This document shows, piece after piece, positions 40,222-52,980 of a stretch of 64,000 nucleotides of DNA (position 1 is the first letter of the stretch; every line of letters starts with the position of its first letter). Source of the DNA: Mobula birostris (lineage: Eukaryota); assembly GCF_030028105.1 (NCBI RefSeq), contig NC_092378.1:109667731-109731730 (forward strand), read 5' to 3'. The notes below the pieces were generated by a model that was not told the origin of the DNA, searched no databases, and was given only the letters and a program-made list of their open reading frames with translations. The position numbers were made by a program, and so were the translations under genes.

Positions 40222-40780
40222 TTTAGATTATTATTATTAGATTATGAGGACAGGTAGTCCTCTTTTATTGTCACTTAGTAATGCATGCATTAAGAAATGA
40301 TACAATATTCCTCCGGTGTGATAGCACAGAAACACAGGACAGAACAAGACTGAAAAACTAACAAAAACCACATAATTATAGCATATAGTTACAACAGTGC
40401 AACAATACCATAACTTGAAGAAGAACAGGCCATGGCACAATAAAAAAGTTCAAAGTCTCTCGAAAGTCCCACATCTCACGCAGACGGGAGAAGGAAGAAA
40501 ACTCTCCCTGCCATGTCTGACCACAGTCCAACTCTGAGTCATCCGAAAACTTCAAGCTCTGATCAGCCCTCCGACATCGAATACCGAGCGCCATCAGTGC
40601 CAAATGCTTCGACCTCAGCCTCGGTCACCAGCAGCAGGCAAAGCCGGGGCTTTTGGGGCCTTCCCTCCGGAGATTCTCAATTGCACAGTAGCAGCGGCAG
40701 CGAACCAGGCATTTCAGAAATTTCTCCCGATGTTCCTCTGTGCTTCTCACATCTGTCTCCATCATTTCCTCAACAATCAC
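40222..40780 (-). mobile_element. Unclassified retroposon 3' fragment (short copy also at ~36842-36920)
   Basis: Shared ttattagattatga.gaca....gtcctcttttattgtca.ttagtaatgcatgcattaagaaatgatacaatatt. Confidence 0.55.
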
Positions 40781-41769
40781 CATTAGCACAGGTGCAGCAT
40801 GAGCCTGTGTGCTTAGCACCCTGTTCTATTCACTTTATACTTATGAGTATGAGATTAAGTACAACACACCTCAAATATCATATTTAAGTTTTCTGATGAC
40901 ACCACTGTTATTGGCCAAATCAAAGGTGATGACGAGTCGGCATATAGGAGGGAGATTGAAAACCTGGCAATAACCTGTCACTCAATCAACATCAGAATGA
41001 AACAGTTGACTACAGGAAGAAGAAACCAGAGGTCCATGGGTCAGCCATGATCAGGTAGAGCAGGTCAGTAACTTTGTATTCCTTATCTTTAACATTCCAA
41101 AGGACCTGTCCTGGGTCCAGCATGTAAGTGCCATTACAAAGAAGGCATGGCAGTGTCTCTGTTTTCTTAGAAGTTTTCAAAGATTTGGCATGCCATCTAA
41201 AACATTGACAAACTTCTGTATATGCATGGTGGAGAGTGTACTGACCGGTTGCATCACGGCCTGGTATGGAAACACCAATGCCCTTGAATGGAAAAGCCAA
41301 CAAATTGTGATGGATGCAGCTCTGTCCATCACGGCAAAACTCTCCCCACCACCGAGTACATCTACAAAGAGCATTGTTGCAGGAAAGCAGCACCCATCGT
41401 CAAGAACCCCCACCATTTGCACCGCACTTTCTACTCATTGCTGCCATTTGAGAGGTTGGTTCCCCTTCCTATCCAGGAGGAGATACTTCTTGCAAACAAA
41501 GTAGTTTAAACACAGTGCATTTTATTGGTACACATTTAAATTTAGACAGATAGTTATTAATACACATTTAAAACTCACAAGAGAATTTCTGATTTATAAA
41601 AGATTACCAAATTACAAAAGATTAATAAACTGCAAAGGAGTACAAACATAGGTACAATTCTTGTGAACTAAAATAACATAGCAATGACTTGCAGATGAAC
41701 ATGTTGTTTATTGCAAAAACCAAAGGTTGAGGAATGAATTCCGAATCTTCTTTCTTTCAGCGCATCTTT

Positions 41770-42921
41770 AGTCATAAGGTGGGAGTGCTGGTGGCGGACC
41801 CAAATGCAAGACACAGACACTGAAGTACTAGGAACAGGACTAGGTGAGTCAAGCAAGCAAGGGAAGTTGGGAAGAAACAATGCTGGACAAGACACAGGCT
41901 CTGGACGAGGCTAGGAGACAGGGCCTGGGCTAGGACAAGAACTTGGAACCTGGACAAGGACTCCGAGCCAGAGACCGGACAGGGACCCAGAACCTGGGTC
42001 TTGACTCAGGCTTGGACCCCAGATCTAGGCGAGGACAAGACGTGTCTACAGGACAAGGAGTGGCAACAGGACTGGACGTGAGACTCTTGAACAGGACGAG
42101 GGAACCCCAGCACCAGGCTGGGTGAGGTACTCCAGGGCTGGGCGAAGCACATGGACAGGATGAGAACACGAAGCCATGGCTAGGACTAGGCGAGGTACAT
42201 GGACATGGCTTGGACTAGACGAGGTACTCCTGGGCTGGGCAAGGCACAAGGACAGAACAAGACCCCAAAGCCTTGACTTGGTCTTGGGAGACAGGAACGC
42301 AGAACGGAGCCAGGACCCCTCCTTGGGAACAGGACATAGGACCAGGACTCATACACAGAACACAGAGAGACAGGTGCCAACACAAGGTAGCGGCAAATGG
42401 CCAGACTTACCTAGCAAAGGCGTGGACACAGAGATAGTTCCCAACACAAGGTAGCGGCAACCGGCCGGACCTACCTAGCAAAGGCGTGGACACAGAGACA
42501 GTTCCTAATATGAGGTAGCGGCAAATGGCCAGACCTACCTAGCGAAGGCGTGGACACAGAGACAGTTTCAAACAACAAAAGACAGTTCCTAATCTAGACA
42601 CAGCAAGGTTCCAGTCTTGCTCCGGCAGTAGAACCTGATAGCGATACAGGCGAGGACTCAGGCAAGGTTGCAGGCAAGTCTTCAGGCCGAGGCTTCAGGC
42701 AGAGGTTGCAGGTAGAGGCTTCAGGAGGAGAGTGAAGGGAAGGGAATAGTCCAGTAAATGAAATTGAACCCAGAAGCTATTTATGTAGCCAGCCCAAAAT
42801 CAGAATCATGTGCCTCAATTAAGGCACACAACTGGTCAAGGGAAAACTGGAAAACCTGGAATATGGATCGATGGACTGGACCATGAACCGGAATGCGGGC
42901 TTCATGGACTGGACCATGACA
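41770..42921 (-). mobile_element. Solo LTR (Gypsy-like) with 5-bp TSD
   Basis: Ends (a)gtcat...atgaca with TSD tcttt (41765-41769, 42922-42926); TATA-like motif on the minus strand near 42780. Confidence 0.75.
42383..42570 (+). repeat. Three ~63-bp tandem repeats inside the LTR
   Basis: aggtagcggcaa..ggcc.gac.tacctagc.aaggcgtggacacagaga.agtt, three copies. Confidence 0.85.
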
Positions 42922-43659
42922 TCTTTCTATCATTCTCCTTGTCATTCCTAACAATCCCCAAAGTTTTCTAACATTTATACTGTCTTGCTTCTAGCTGACA
43001 TTATTTGCATGTGATATTTGTCAGAAACCTGTGTTGTGACAAAGTAATTCATACAGATGGTCTAAAAACTTCTGGAGACAGAGATCCCAGACACCCAATA
43101 TTAATTCTGTGACTACACAAATATCACAACTATTGATTAATCAACTATACCTGTGACCGTGTTTAATGTGCTACAGGATGAAATCAATTTGGTCTGCAGA
43201 CTTCCTTAAACTAAGTCACAGTTGTGAAAATAACTTAAAATAACCATTAAATTCAGCATCTGCAGAATTCCTGTTGTTTGCGTTTTTTAAAATAACAGTG
43301 CTGTCTCTTTTGATGCAGGCCACTTAATATAATCCCATTGTTTTACATTGATTAAACCTCACTCTTTACTTGTTTACACCAGGAAGCTGAACAAGCAATA
43401 TTAGTTAGAAGTTTAACTTTGTCTCAAACAACTCTGACACTTTGGGAAGGTCATGCTAGAAAGCTGAAGTTAACAATGATTTTCTTGGGGCCTGGAAAGT
43501 GAGTATCCATCACACAACACCTAACAAATTTCAGTCTATTCTGAATACCACTAAACTATTGTGGAATGAAGTTGTTCCTGAAATAATGTCTGACTGATCT
43601 GGCAGTAATTTTAAGTTAGTCCTTCAGCAATAGAAATAGATTTCTCTACCTATCTTTCA

Positions 43660-44085
43660 TCAGAATCAGATTTAATATCACTGGCATATGTCCATGAAAT
43701 TTGTTAAATTTATGTCAACAGTACATGAAATATATGATAAATAAATACAGAGAAAAATGAGTTACATTAAAATACATATATTAAATAGTTAAGTTAAAAC
43801 AAGTAGAGCAAAATAATAGAAATAAAAGAGTAGTGAGGTAGTGTTCATGGGTTCAGTATCCATTTGGAAATCCAATGGCAGAGGGGAGGAAGCTGTTCCT
43901 GAATCGTTGCATGTGTGCCTTCAGACTTCTGTACCTCTTTCCCGTTGGTGACAGTGTGAAGAGGGCATGTCCTGGGTGGTGCGGATCCTTAATGATGGAC
44001 GCCACTTTCCTGAGGCCGGCTCCTTGAAGATGTCTTGGCTACTGCGGAGGCTGGTACCCATGATGGAGCTGACTCATTTTACAAG
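43660..44085 (-). mobile_element. Rex1-type 3' fragment
   Basis: atcagaatcagatttaatatcactggc tail and a KVASIIKDPHHPGHALF remnant. Confidence 0.7.
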
Positions 44086-44153
44086 TTTCATATTATTATT
44101 GATTACATGTTTCATCATATTATTCGCCGGGGAACTGAAACCTTAGTTTATGC

Positions 44154-44232
44154 GAGGGGTTCCCAACGAGGGGTCCACGTACACCTTAAGTAATGCTATT
44201 GGTCCATAGCATAAAAAAGTTGGGCAACCCTG
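44154..44232. mobile_element. ~80-bp hAT-type MITE
   Basis: (g)aggggttcccaac...gttgggcaaccctg with imperfect 8-bp TSD gtttatgc/ggctatgc; a second copy lies at 48333. Confidence 0.7.
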
Positions 44233-44859
44233 GGCTATGCATTCTGACTCTTCATTTAAAATGGAAACCGAAAATACTGGGCACAACAGGTCAGGCAGCA
44301 TCTATCAGAAGAGAAACATGTTTAATATCTCAGGTCGAGTTCTAATTGTCTCTGACCTGAAATACATGTACCGACACTTTTTCCTCTGTTCTCCGACACT
44401 TTCTGCTTTTATTGCAGATTTGTTTCTTGGTCGGATCATTAGATAACCATGCTGGGGAATTGGCCCCGTACTTAATACACGACTGATGTCTTATTGTGCG
44501 GCGTGATTGAAATCTCGGCGGTTAAGTCTCGCTCTTTCGTTCAAAAGTTCCGAATTAAACTGAAAAGATCTATAATGTCAAGAAAAATAAGCATAAAAAA
44601 ACTGCATACGTGAGTTAGGCAGCAAACAGAGAAATAAGGGAAAGGACTAGAGAGGGAAGGGGAGGGAGATGCGTCTGGAATGAATCGCTCAGTGAGACAA
44701 TCTAACATTTCTGGCGCAGATTCAATCTGCAGACTTGCACCGTGTGCTGCTCTCAACGAACATAGTTTGAAGACATATTACACAGCGATCTAACATTCTG
44801 AAACGAACATCATACACGAAGAACTTATCTCATGAATCAATTAAGGAATTCCTGAGGCT

Positions 44860-45150
44860 GATGTTTCATTAAAATTTTCTGTTTTTTAACTGAGCGTGAT
44901 GTATTTCCAAACGTGTTACTGCTGTTTGACGAGTGTTAACTTTTTAACCAATCAAGCTATTAGCCAACCTACGGGGGCACGGGATTGGACGAAAGTTTTC
45001 AGCTGCTCCCACTCCTTTCACGCGTGGTGGAAAGAGTCAAATGTCCTGATCCGCCGGCTGAAGGCTGGGTTTAACGGTGCCAGGGGCAGCTTCATCTTCT
45101 CTGGGGACTGACACCGTTTGTTCAATGCTGGTGTGGTCGAGATTCCACTG
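44860..45150 (+). promoter_or_regulatory. Putative promoter/5'UTR of the LLTP gene
   Basis: Locally CpG-rich unique DNA; CCAAT at 44948-44952 and inverted CCAAT (ATTGG) at 44984-44988; E-box-like cacgcgtg near 45019. Confidence 0.5.
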
Positions 45151-45205
45151 ATGATAATTATGAGACTACTTCTCTTTCTTAGCGCGGTTCTCAGCACTTT
45201 CGGAA
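45151..45205 (+). CDS. LOC400499: ApoB/apolipophorin-like large lipid transfer protein (LOC400499-like), coding exon 1 (signal peptide)
   Basis: M(IIM)RLLLFLSAVLSTFG hydrophobic leader ending at the consensus donor A|gtaagt (phase 1), downstream of a CCAAT-containing CpG-richer region. The start could be 45151 or 45160. Confidence 0.75.
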
Positions 45206-45645
45206 GTAAGTGTTCTTCCATTTCTCTGTCGTTTCATGCAGTTAGAGGGGAAAAAGGGATCCTCCATCCTGGACATGCCGATTCTTTTCAGGATTTCATT
45301 TAATGTCCGCGTAGTAAATTGTTTTAATTGTAAATATTCACACCGGCACTGTTAGTGTAAATTGCCGCTTTCTTCCACGATAACCAGAGCAAGTTTGCAG
45401 CCGGTCATTCAGTCCACCGACCCGTCATTCATGCTGAACTGCAGGACGGTTCCTTCTGTGAAACGTTGTCTGTACTCGGAAACACTGACACCTCCCTGCA
45501 CAGAACTTTAATCAAAAGATGCAAACATTGCCTCCAACCCCGATGACATGACGTTACCGTATTTACCGAGATGATAGAGGCAATTATTAGGTTTTCCAAC
45601 GAACTTCGTTTGATGCAACTGATTGTCTCTTTCTTTCCTTTGTAG

Positions 45646-45696
45646 GAAATGTAGCGAAGTCTCGTCCGGCAGGTAACTGCGTGTCTGTCTGCACTG
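45646..45696 (+). CDS. LOC400499: LOC400499-like LLTP, coding exon 2
   Basis: Strong acceptor ttgtctctttctttcctttgtag. 51 nt, phase 1-1: (R)NVAKSRPAGNCVSVCT(G), donor G|gtacgt. An alternative in-phase donor lies after 45672. Confidence 0.7.
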
Positions 45697-46639
45697 GTAC
45701 GTACCACTGCCATCTGTCCATAGCATCACAGCAGCGGCGTCAATCCTGCAAAAACTGGGTAGTGTAGCCGAGAGGATGCTGCAAAGCCATGTGGAGCTGT
45801 TTTTAATCTTTGTTAATGATAAGATTCCGCGGTAACGAAACAGAATTTTATACAATCCCTTCTGTTTGGGGATTGATAATGATTGGGACTGCGGGCAGCT
45901 GAAAACGCGGCACCCCTTGTGTCCTGGGTATCTCTGAGCCTCCGCAGGTTCAATCCCCCGAATCCGCCCGTGCAGACGGAACAGCAGTGTGGGTTTTTTT
46001 TGTCTTGTATAATGAAACGTCCACGGCCAAAACATTAGTCATTTGTAACCGCTTGTGTACAATTATCTTGGTGTTGCTGGAGCTTGGCGCTGCAACAACT
46101 CAAACAGATTGAATTCAGTGTGGCTCGCTGTGCTGCACTTCAAAGTGAAAGCAATTTATTAATGCATACTACTCGTACTTGTCCCGGATTAGCTTTCATC
46201 ATCCTTATTATCCCCACGCCGGCTCAGCATAGCATTAAGTGCTGCAATTCCTAGCAGGGCTGTAATATTATGAATAATGTAATTGACTTCCGTGCTTGAA
46301 TCATAAGTGGAATGAATTCCTTGTATTATACTCGGGGAACCACTTTTCCAACGCCCTAATTTTGTGTACTTACTGGGTTATTTAGCATTCCGTAGGCACT
46401 CCTAAAATGTAGGGCTTTGCATCACTTGCTCAACCTAATGCACCTCAAGGATGCGTCTATCTATTGTGGTCACCAGACTAAATCTTCTAATATAGGCTAA
46501 TTATGGTTGAATCCAGTGTTCATTTTGCACCGAGTAATAAATCGGAAAATACCGGAAACTCTCGGTCAAGGGAAAAATCGTCTTCGCGGCCTTTGATCAG
46601 GCATCCTAAAGCTTCATGGAACTTGCTGACCCATTCTTG

Positions 46640-47065
46640 CAAGGGTGTGGAGGCATTGCAGATGGTACAGAAGAGGCTAGAGTTGTATCCTCTGGAGTAG
46701 TGGAGGATGAGGGGAGACTTGACTTGCGTTTGTAAGATTGAGAGGCATGGATATACATTTGGTATCTTTCTCCCAGGGATGAAATATCTAATATAAGAAG
46801 GCTTGCATTTAAGGTGAGATGGGAGGCAAGATGTTTTAAAAACAGCGACGTGTACCTCAGATACGCTGCCAAAGGTGGTAGTGGAGGCAAATATCACAGA
46901 GCTAGTTAATAGGTTCTTATGCATATGAATATATAGAGAATGGGGGCATATGGACAGGTCTGGGCAAAAGGGACTAGCTTTGTATACTTCTAATTACTAG
47001 TTTAATTAGTTTGACACAATATCGTGTGCTGAAGACCCTATTCCTGTGTTGTCCTGTTCTGCTCT
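46640..47065 (+). mobile_element. Decayed CR1 3' fragment
   Basis: VEALQMVQKR remnant through a cctattcctgtgttgtcctgttct 3' end. Confidence 0.65.
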
Positions 47066-47554
47066 AACAGATTTCATTCTGGTGCAACTATTTGGTATGT
47101 GCCCTGAGTTCATTTTCTGTTAAGGAAGGGAAGGTGGGTCCTACCCTGTCCTAGAGATAGACTCCCTATACTCCTCCAGAATGTTCATTGTTGGTCAGGG
47201 TTGGCTTATAGCTGGCCAGCATTTTCTCTGGAGGAAAACCTACTGTCAGTGGCCACTTTCACCAACCAGCAGCACTTGTAGACAAGTGTGTAATGCAGGT
47301 ATACTGATTCCTCTCTCTGCTGTTTGGGTGGAATTTTATCTGTTTGCCCTTCAATCGTTTAACATTTATTGGAATACATCTAATAAAGTGATGCATTCTC
47401 TTTATAGCTTTTATTTTTGAAGCCCCAAAAGATATTGGATATTATCCTAATTTGCTTTTTAAACAAATAATTGGTAAATTCTTCACTTGTGTTCCATTTA
47501 TTATGCAGTTTTAACCTATTTTGACATTAACTGAAACTTTGAAATTTCTTGTAG

Positions 47555-47715
47555 GTACCAATTATCTGAATTACCAGAAAGGGTTCCGATATACCTATGA
47601 GTACACAACTGTTGCTAATACATTCCTGCAAGGAAATTCCCATGAGAACAGTGGACTTACAGTAGAATGTTTGGTGAATATTGATGTCATTGACAAGTGT
47701 CACTTCATCTTAACG
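47555..47715 (+). CDS. LOC400499: LOC400499-like LLTP, coding exon 3 (start of Vitellogenin_N/LPD_N domain)
   Basis: ag|GT...ACG|gtaggt. (G)TNYLNYQKGFRYTYEYTTVANTFLQGNSHENSGLTVECLVNIDVIDKCHFILT parallels the apoB N-terminal pattern YTYxY...CxVx+xV...CxFIL. Confidence 0.85.
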
Positions 47716-48332
47716 GTAGGTATTTATCTTTGTAAATGTTCAAATTTATTTGGTGTGATACAGTGCAGGCTGTAAATAAAATCCATTACAGTTAAATTGT
47801 AATTCTGCCTTGTGTATCTAACGTGACTTGTGATTTAGCTGGTGTTCAAATTGGCTGTAGTTTGGATGAATGGGATTAATTGACTCATTTTGTAAAGAGA
47901 ACACACATAGTGGGCCAAAAGGCATCTCGTGTGTTGGATGAAACTGTGGCATATCTTGTTGAAACCTTTGCAGAGTTTCCTTTATAAATAAATCGCTTTT
48001 ATGTACCTTCTAGTACAGCAGTACTGCTAGCTTGATATGAAAATGGAAAGCCCAGAATGGGAAAAGTTGTAGGTGTTTTTCGAACATACTTGTGACTCCC
48101 TATTTGAAGATGCCTGGAAGATGCCAATTAAATACTTTTCTTCTACCTCTCTAAAATATCAGACTCTTATAACACTTGGAAATTGCAAATGAAATTGCAA
48201 ATGGACATTTCTAGGTGCACACTCTCACCTAGAGATCCTGGGGTGCTCTAATAGTTGAAGTAAAATGGCATTGATGTTCTGGGCACTTTTAATTGTCGTT
48301 CCACTTTAACAAATATCATTCATGAGCACCAC

Positions 48333-48414
48333 CAGGGGTTCCCAACCTGGGTTCCACAAACTCCTTGCTTAATGGCATTGGTTCATGGCATTAAAAAAAA
48401 GCTTGGGAGCCCAT
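48333..48414. mobile_element. ~80-bp hAT-type MITE
   Basis: caggggttcccaacc...ttgggagccc; homologous to 44154-44232. Confidence 0.65.
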
Positions 48415-49282
48415 AATCTAGATCAACACCCACAATTACAATGAATATTTGCATGTTTTTATAACCAAAGTTGTTCTTGCCTGATTACTACTCTGTAACT
48501 GGGTTTTAAGCATGGCGACTGGGATTTCGAAGAAAGGGATCAGGGTGCATAGTCATTCTTCTGACTGAGATGGAGATTAGGAGGGTATTGTTGAGATCAA
48601 GATCAGAGACGTTGTTGAGGGAAGGTGAGGACTATGATCCTGACAGATGCTTTGGAAGGGAGGGTGATTGGAGGTTGGTAAGGCGAAGAGATTGTGAGAA
48701 TTTGTGGTAACTTGTGGGCATGAAGAAAGGTTTGTGGGGTTAGAGGGGCTCAGGTGCTATTGTAGTTTTAATGCATGGTGAAGAGGATTTGGGCAAATAT
48801 TTTACTCCTCTTTTTTAAAATTTGGTCCAGTAATACATAAATTTGACCATATTGTCCCTGAAGTGCCCTGAGTTGGATGTCACCAGAACAATGTGGGCCA
48901 AGTTCCCTGGTTATGATGCAAAAAGGAGCATTGTATGGGGACTGATATCAGAACTTATGACCCTTGGGTAGAACTTACACATGAATCACTATAGGATTTG
49001 CTCTGCAGAATTTTCTGAATGAAGCAGATTTATCTAGAAATGGTTGCTATTGTACTTCACTCATGGAAAAAAATGAACTTTTTAAATGCACATGGCAGAA
49101 TTTTCAGGCAAAAATCTTGTGACAACCCTGAAAGCCAACTGATTCCTGCAAAATTGTTTACTCTATTTTCTGTTCTTATTTTTGTGGATGGATAGTATAC
49201 CCTACATGCAATCTTAACTTTAGCATTACAGATTTGTGCGTGAATTCATGAATTCTTTCTTTCATGTGTGAACTTGAAGATA

Positions 49283-49395
49283 TCTCTTTTTCAGTTAGTC
49301 CTGACGAAGGGTTTCGGCCCGAAATGTCTACTGTACCTCCTCCTATAGACGCTGCCTGGCCTGCTGTGTTCACCAGCATCTTTTGTGTGTGTGTT
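49283..49395 (+). mobile_element. Penelope pLTR fragment with hammerhead variant
   Basis: tcagttagtc CTGACGA agggtttcggccc GAAA tgtc tactg...gcctgctgtgttcaccagca. Confidence 0.8.
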
Positions 49396-50754
49396 GAGTT
49401 ATTAGAAGTGTGGGGGGAAAGCAGGAATATTGTTTGAAATGTTTTTCCCAAATGCAGGACCTTTGATAGGTATGTGACCACTTATTTGTACTTCAGTTGT
49501 GTGTCTCTCTGGCTCCATGTACTGTTATCACTTTTATATTTTCAGCTGCTTTTCAGCTCTCTTAGAGCAAAGTCTTGACTGCCTCTGCTCTTGCTTCCTA
49601 ATACTCTTTTATTTCCCACAATAATCTGATGAAGATTCTGCTTTATGAATGAGCTCCAGGTAGGATCTAGCTTTAATTTGTTTGACTTGTACATTCTGGG
49701 CAAATAACACATAGGCAAACATCTGCCATCAAATTTGCTTCATCATTGACCCTGCCTTTTATTGGTAATATTTTTTTGACAGAGCTTTCGTTCACATTTT
49801 AAGGTCATTTGCGGTTAAATGTGGCAGCCTTCCCTTTCTCCCTCTGCCCACCCCCCCCAAAGGCCTGTATTTTGTGGAGGTAACTTACTAACAATGTGGT
49901 GTTAGCCTGACTTCCTCAGTAGTGTTGAATAAGGCAATTTGGAAAATAAAGAATATTTTGGTATAATTGCCATCAAAAATTATAATTTAAGTGATTAGAT
50001 TTTGTACATTGTTGGGACAGCGTAGTTTGTTAAATCTTGTAAGACATGTCTGATTAAATTATGTTTTGCAAACAATTGCCAGCCATCTGTTACCCTAAGT
50101 ACAGCACTTGGAAGGATGATTGTAAATAATCGAATAAACAAATTCAGGTTTTTCAGTAGGTAATGATGATCAATAAACTTTAATTCAACCTAATTGCTCA
50201 GCACTTATCAGATTATGACCTGTTGAATAAAACATTAATTTCCTATTCATAATTTCAACTGATTTTCATTAGTTTATCTTTTGGACGGCAAGTGAAAATG
50301 AAGTTTCATTTAATGCCCTTCCTTTAGTTATAACGTTTTCCCTTGATTGTTTTTTTTAAACTGGACCCCAGCTCATGTTTAATCAAATTATTGTCTGTTT
50401 CCATCTGCCAGTAATCTGCACAATATGCTTGGCTTGTCATATCAATCTGTAAAAAGATATTTAAGTATCTGCTACATAATACTTTGGCTCACTTTGAATA
50501 TCATGAATTGTCTGACTGCTTTGCTATTTTCTGCATGACATACTGTCATTCCATATAAAAATAAAGATATTAGAAGTTCCATTTAAAGTATTTCGTAGTA
50601 TTAATTTAACTAAATTTCTGAAGAATCTTAAATGTTCTAATCTCTAAAGTATTAAACGTTCTTATACATTGTATTTTCCTGGTAGAGGTGGTTTTTAGTA
50701 GTGATAGAAACTCTTTATCACGATGATTATGGTGATAATAGACAAAAAAAAAAA

Positions 50755-52500
50755 CAAGACCTGCAAAGAGAATTAGGCCATTTGGCCCATAGGGTATGTT
50801 CTGCTTTTTGATCATGATGGATTTTTTTTCATCTCAACTCCATTTTCCTGCCTTCTTCCTGTAATATTTGGCGCTCCTGCTACTCAAGAACCTATCTTCC
50901 TCCGCTTTAAATATACCCAATAACTTGGCCTCCACGGCCATCGGTGGCAATGAATTCCACAGATTCACTACCCTGTGGCTAAAGAAATTTCTCTTCATCT
51001 GTTCCAAAGGGACTTCCTTGTGTTCTGTGGCTGTGTACTCTGGTCCCATATTCACCTACTATAGAAAACATCCTCTCCACATCCATTCTGTCCAGGCTTT
51101 TCAATATTTAGTAGGTTTCAGTGAGATCTCCCTCAGACTAATAAACTATAAGTGCATGCTTAGGGCATAAGTTGACCCTTTCATTCCCAGGATTATTCTT
51201 GTTAACCTCCTCTGGACCCTCTCCAATACCAGCACATCCTTTCTTAAATATGGGGCCCAAAACTGTTCACAGTACTCCAAATGTGATCTGACCATTGCCT
51301 TAAATCTGCAGCATTACATCCTTGCTGTCATAGCCCAGTTCTCTTGAAATGATTGTTCACATTATTTTGCCTTCATTACTACTGACTCAACCTGCTGATT
51401 AACCTTCAGGAGATCCTGCATTAGGACTCAAGTCTCTTTGCACCTGATTTCTGAATATTCTCCCCATTTAGAAAATAGTCTATACTTTTAATCTTTCTGT
51501 CAAAATACATGGCCATACAATTCCCTACACTATATTCTATTTGCTGCCCTTTGCCCATTCTGCTAATCTATCCAAGTCCTTCTCTAGACTCCCTGCTTCC
51601 ACAACACTATCTGCCCCTCCACCTATCTCAGTATCACTTGGCCACAGAGCCATCAATTCTGTCATCCAAATCAATAACACAAAAATGAAAATTTGCAGAT
51701 CCTGCAGAACACCACTAGTCACCAGCAGCCAACCTAAAAAGACCCTCTTTATTTCTACTGTCTTCTGCCAGTCAGCAATTCTTCTGCCTGTGTTAGTATC
51801 TTTCCTGTAATACTATGGGTTCTTGTCTTGTTTAGCAGTCTCAAGTGTGGCACCTTTTCAAAAGCCTTCTAGAATTACAACTAAACAACATCCATGGACA
51901 CTCTATTGGCTATCCTGCCTGTTATTTCCTCAAAGAATTCCCTACAGATTTGTCAGGCAAGATTTCCCCTTAAGGAAACCATGCTGACTTGTGCCTATTT
52001 TACTATTGGCTCCAAGCACCCCAAAACTTCATTTTGTAATAAAGGACTCTAACCTACTGAAGTCAGGCTAATTTCCTTTCTTTTGCCTCCCTCCCTCCTT
52101 AGAGTGGAGTGATATCTACAATTTTCCAGCCCTCTGAAACCATGCCAGAATCTAATGATTCTTGAAAGATCATTACTAATGCTTCCACATTCTTGTTAGC
52201 TACCTCTTTCAGAACCCTGGGGTGTAGTCCATCTGATCCAGGTGACTTAATCTACCTTCAGAACTTACAGCTTCTCAAGCACTTTATTAATAATTATCTT
52301 TGCTATATTGTATGCCCTCTCTTTTAGCTCTTGGGGCTCTCTTTCACGTCCCTTGTCAGCCACATTGCATGATCCTCCCTTTAGAATGGTTATTCTTCTT
52401 TGTGATGAACTGATGCCAAATCACTCCCCAAAACACCACCCATTGCTAATCTACTGTCATCTCTGCTAGAGTCCCCTTCCAATCAACTTTGGCCATCTGA
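50755..52500 (-). mobile_element. Old CR1 LINE ORF2 remnant
   Basis: RNFFSHRVVNLWNSLP, TSGVLQ and SLEKDLDRLAEWAK remnants. Confidence 0.85.
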
Positions 52501-52549
52501 TCCTTGTGAGCAAATTGATGTACCTTGTACCTTTCATCACCTAAGTTAC

Positions 52550-52980
52550 AGAGGAAGGTTGATCAAGTTGGGTCTTTATTCTTTGGAACGTAGAAGGTTG
52601 AGAGGGGACTTGATAGAGCTATTTAAAATTATGAGGGGGATAGATAGAGTTGATGTCGATAGGCTTTTTCCATTGAGATTGGGGAGATTCAAACAAGAGG
52701 ACATGAGTTGAGTGTTAAAGGGCAAAACTTTAGGGGTAACATGAGGGGGAACTTCTTTACTCAGGGAGTGGTAGCTGTGTGGAACGAGCATCCAGTAGAA
52801 GTGGTTGAGGCGGGTTCGATGTTGTCATTTAAAGTTAAATTGGATGGATATGTGGACAGGAAAGTAATGGAGGGTTATGGGCTGAGTGCAGGTCGGTGGG
52901 ACTAGGTGAGAGTAAGAGTTCAGCACGGACTAGAAGGGCCGAGATGGCCTGTTTCCGTGCTGTAATTGTTTATGGTATAT
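52550..52980 (+). mobile_element. Younger CR1 3' fragment
   Basis: LGLYSLERRRLRGDLIELFKI...NFFTQGVVAVWN and a 3'UTR. Confidence 0.85.

Larger units (their letters stand above)
38480..41460 (+). mobile_element. Rex1/Babar LINE RT, split by at least three nested insertions
   Basis: MMKCFEKLVMKHIK...DPLQ...HNRSTADA...DCSSAFNTI; resumes at about 40140 and 40780 (FSDDTTVIG), then TLTNFCICMVESVLTGCITAWYG. Confidence 0.85.

Noticed and set aside
42383-42570. Repeat array resembling CRISPR
   Set aside because: Head-to-tail units have no unique spacers, lie inside an LTR in vertebrate DNA, and have no cas genes nearby.
45401-45546. Extra LLTP exon after tttgcag
   Set aside because: Weak polypyrimidine tract, the phase-compatible frame reaches TGA, and there is no good donor. 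Exon 45646-45696 fits better.
47555-47715. Calling the gene APOB or vitellogenin outright
   Set aside because: The similarity is domain-level only; the exon sizes and LITAF neighbourhood favour the LOC400499-type paralogue. A phylogeny is needed.
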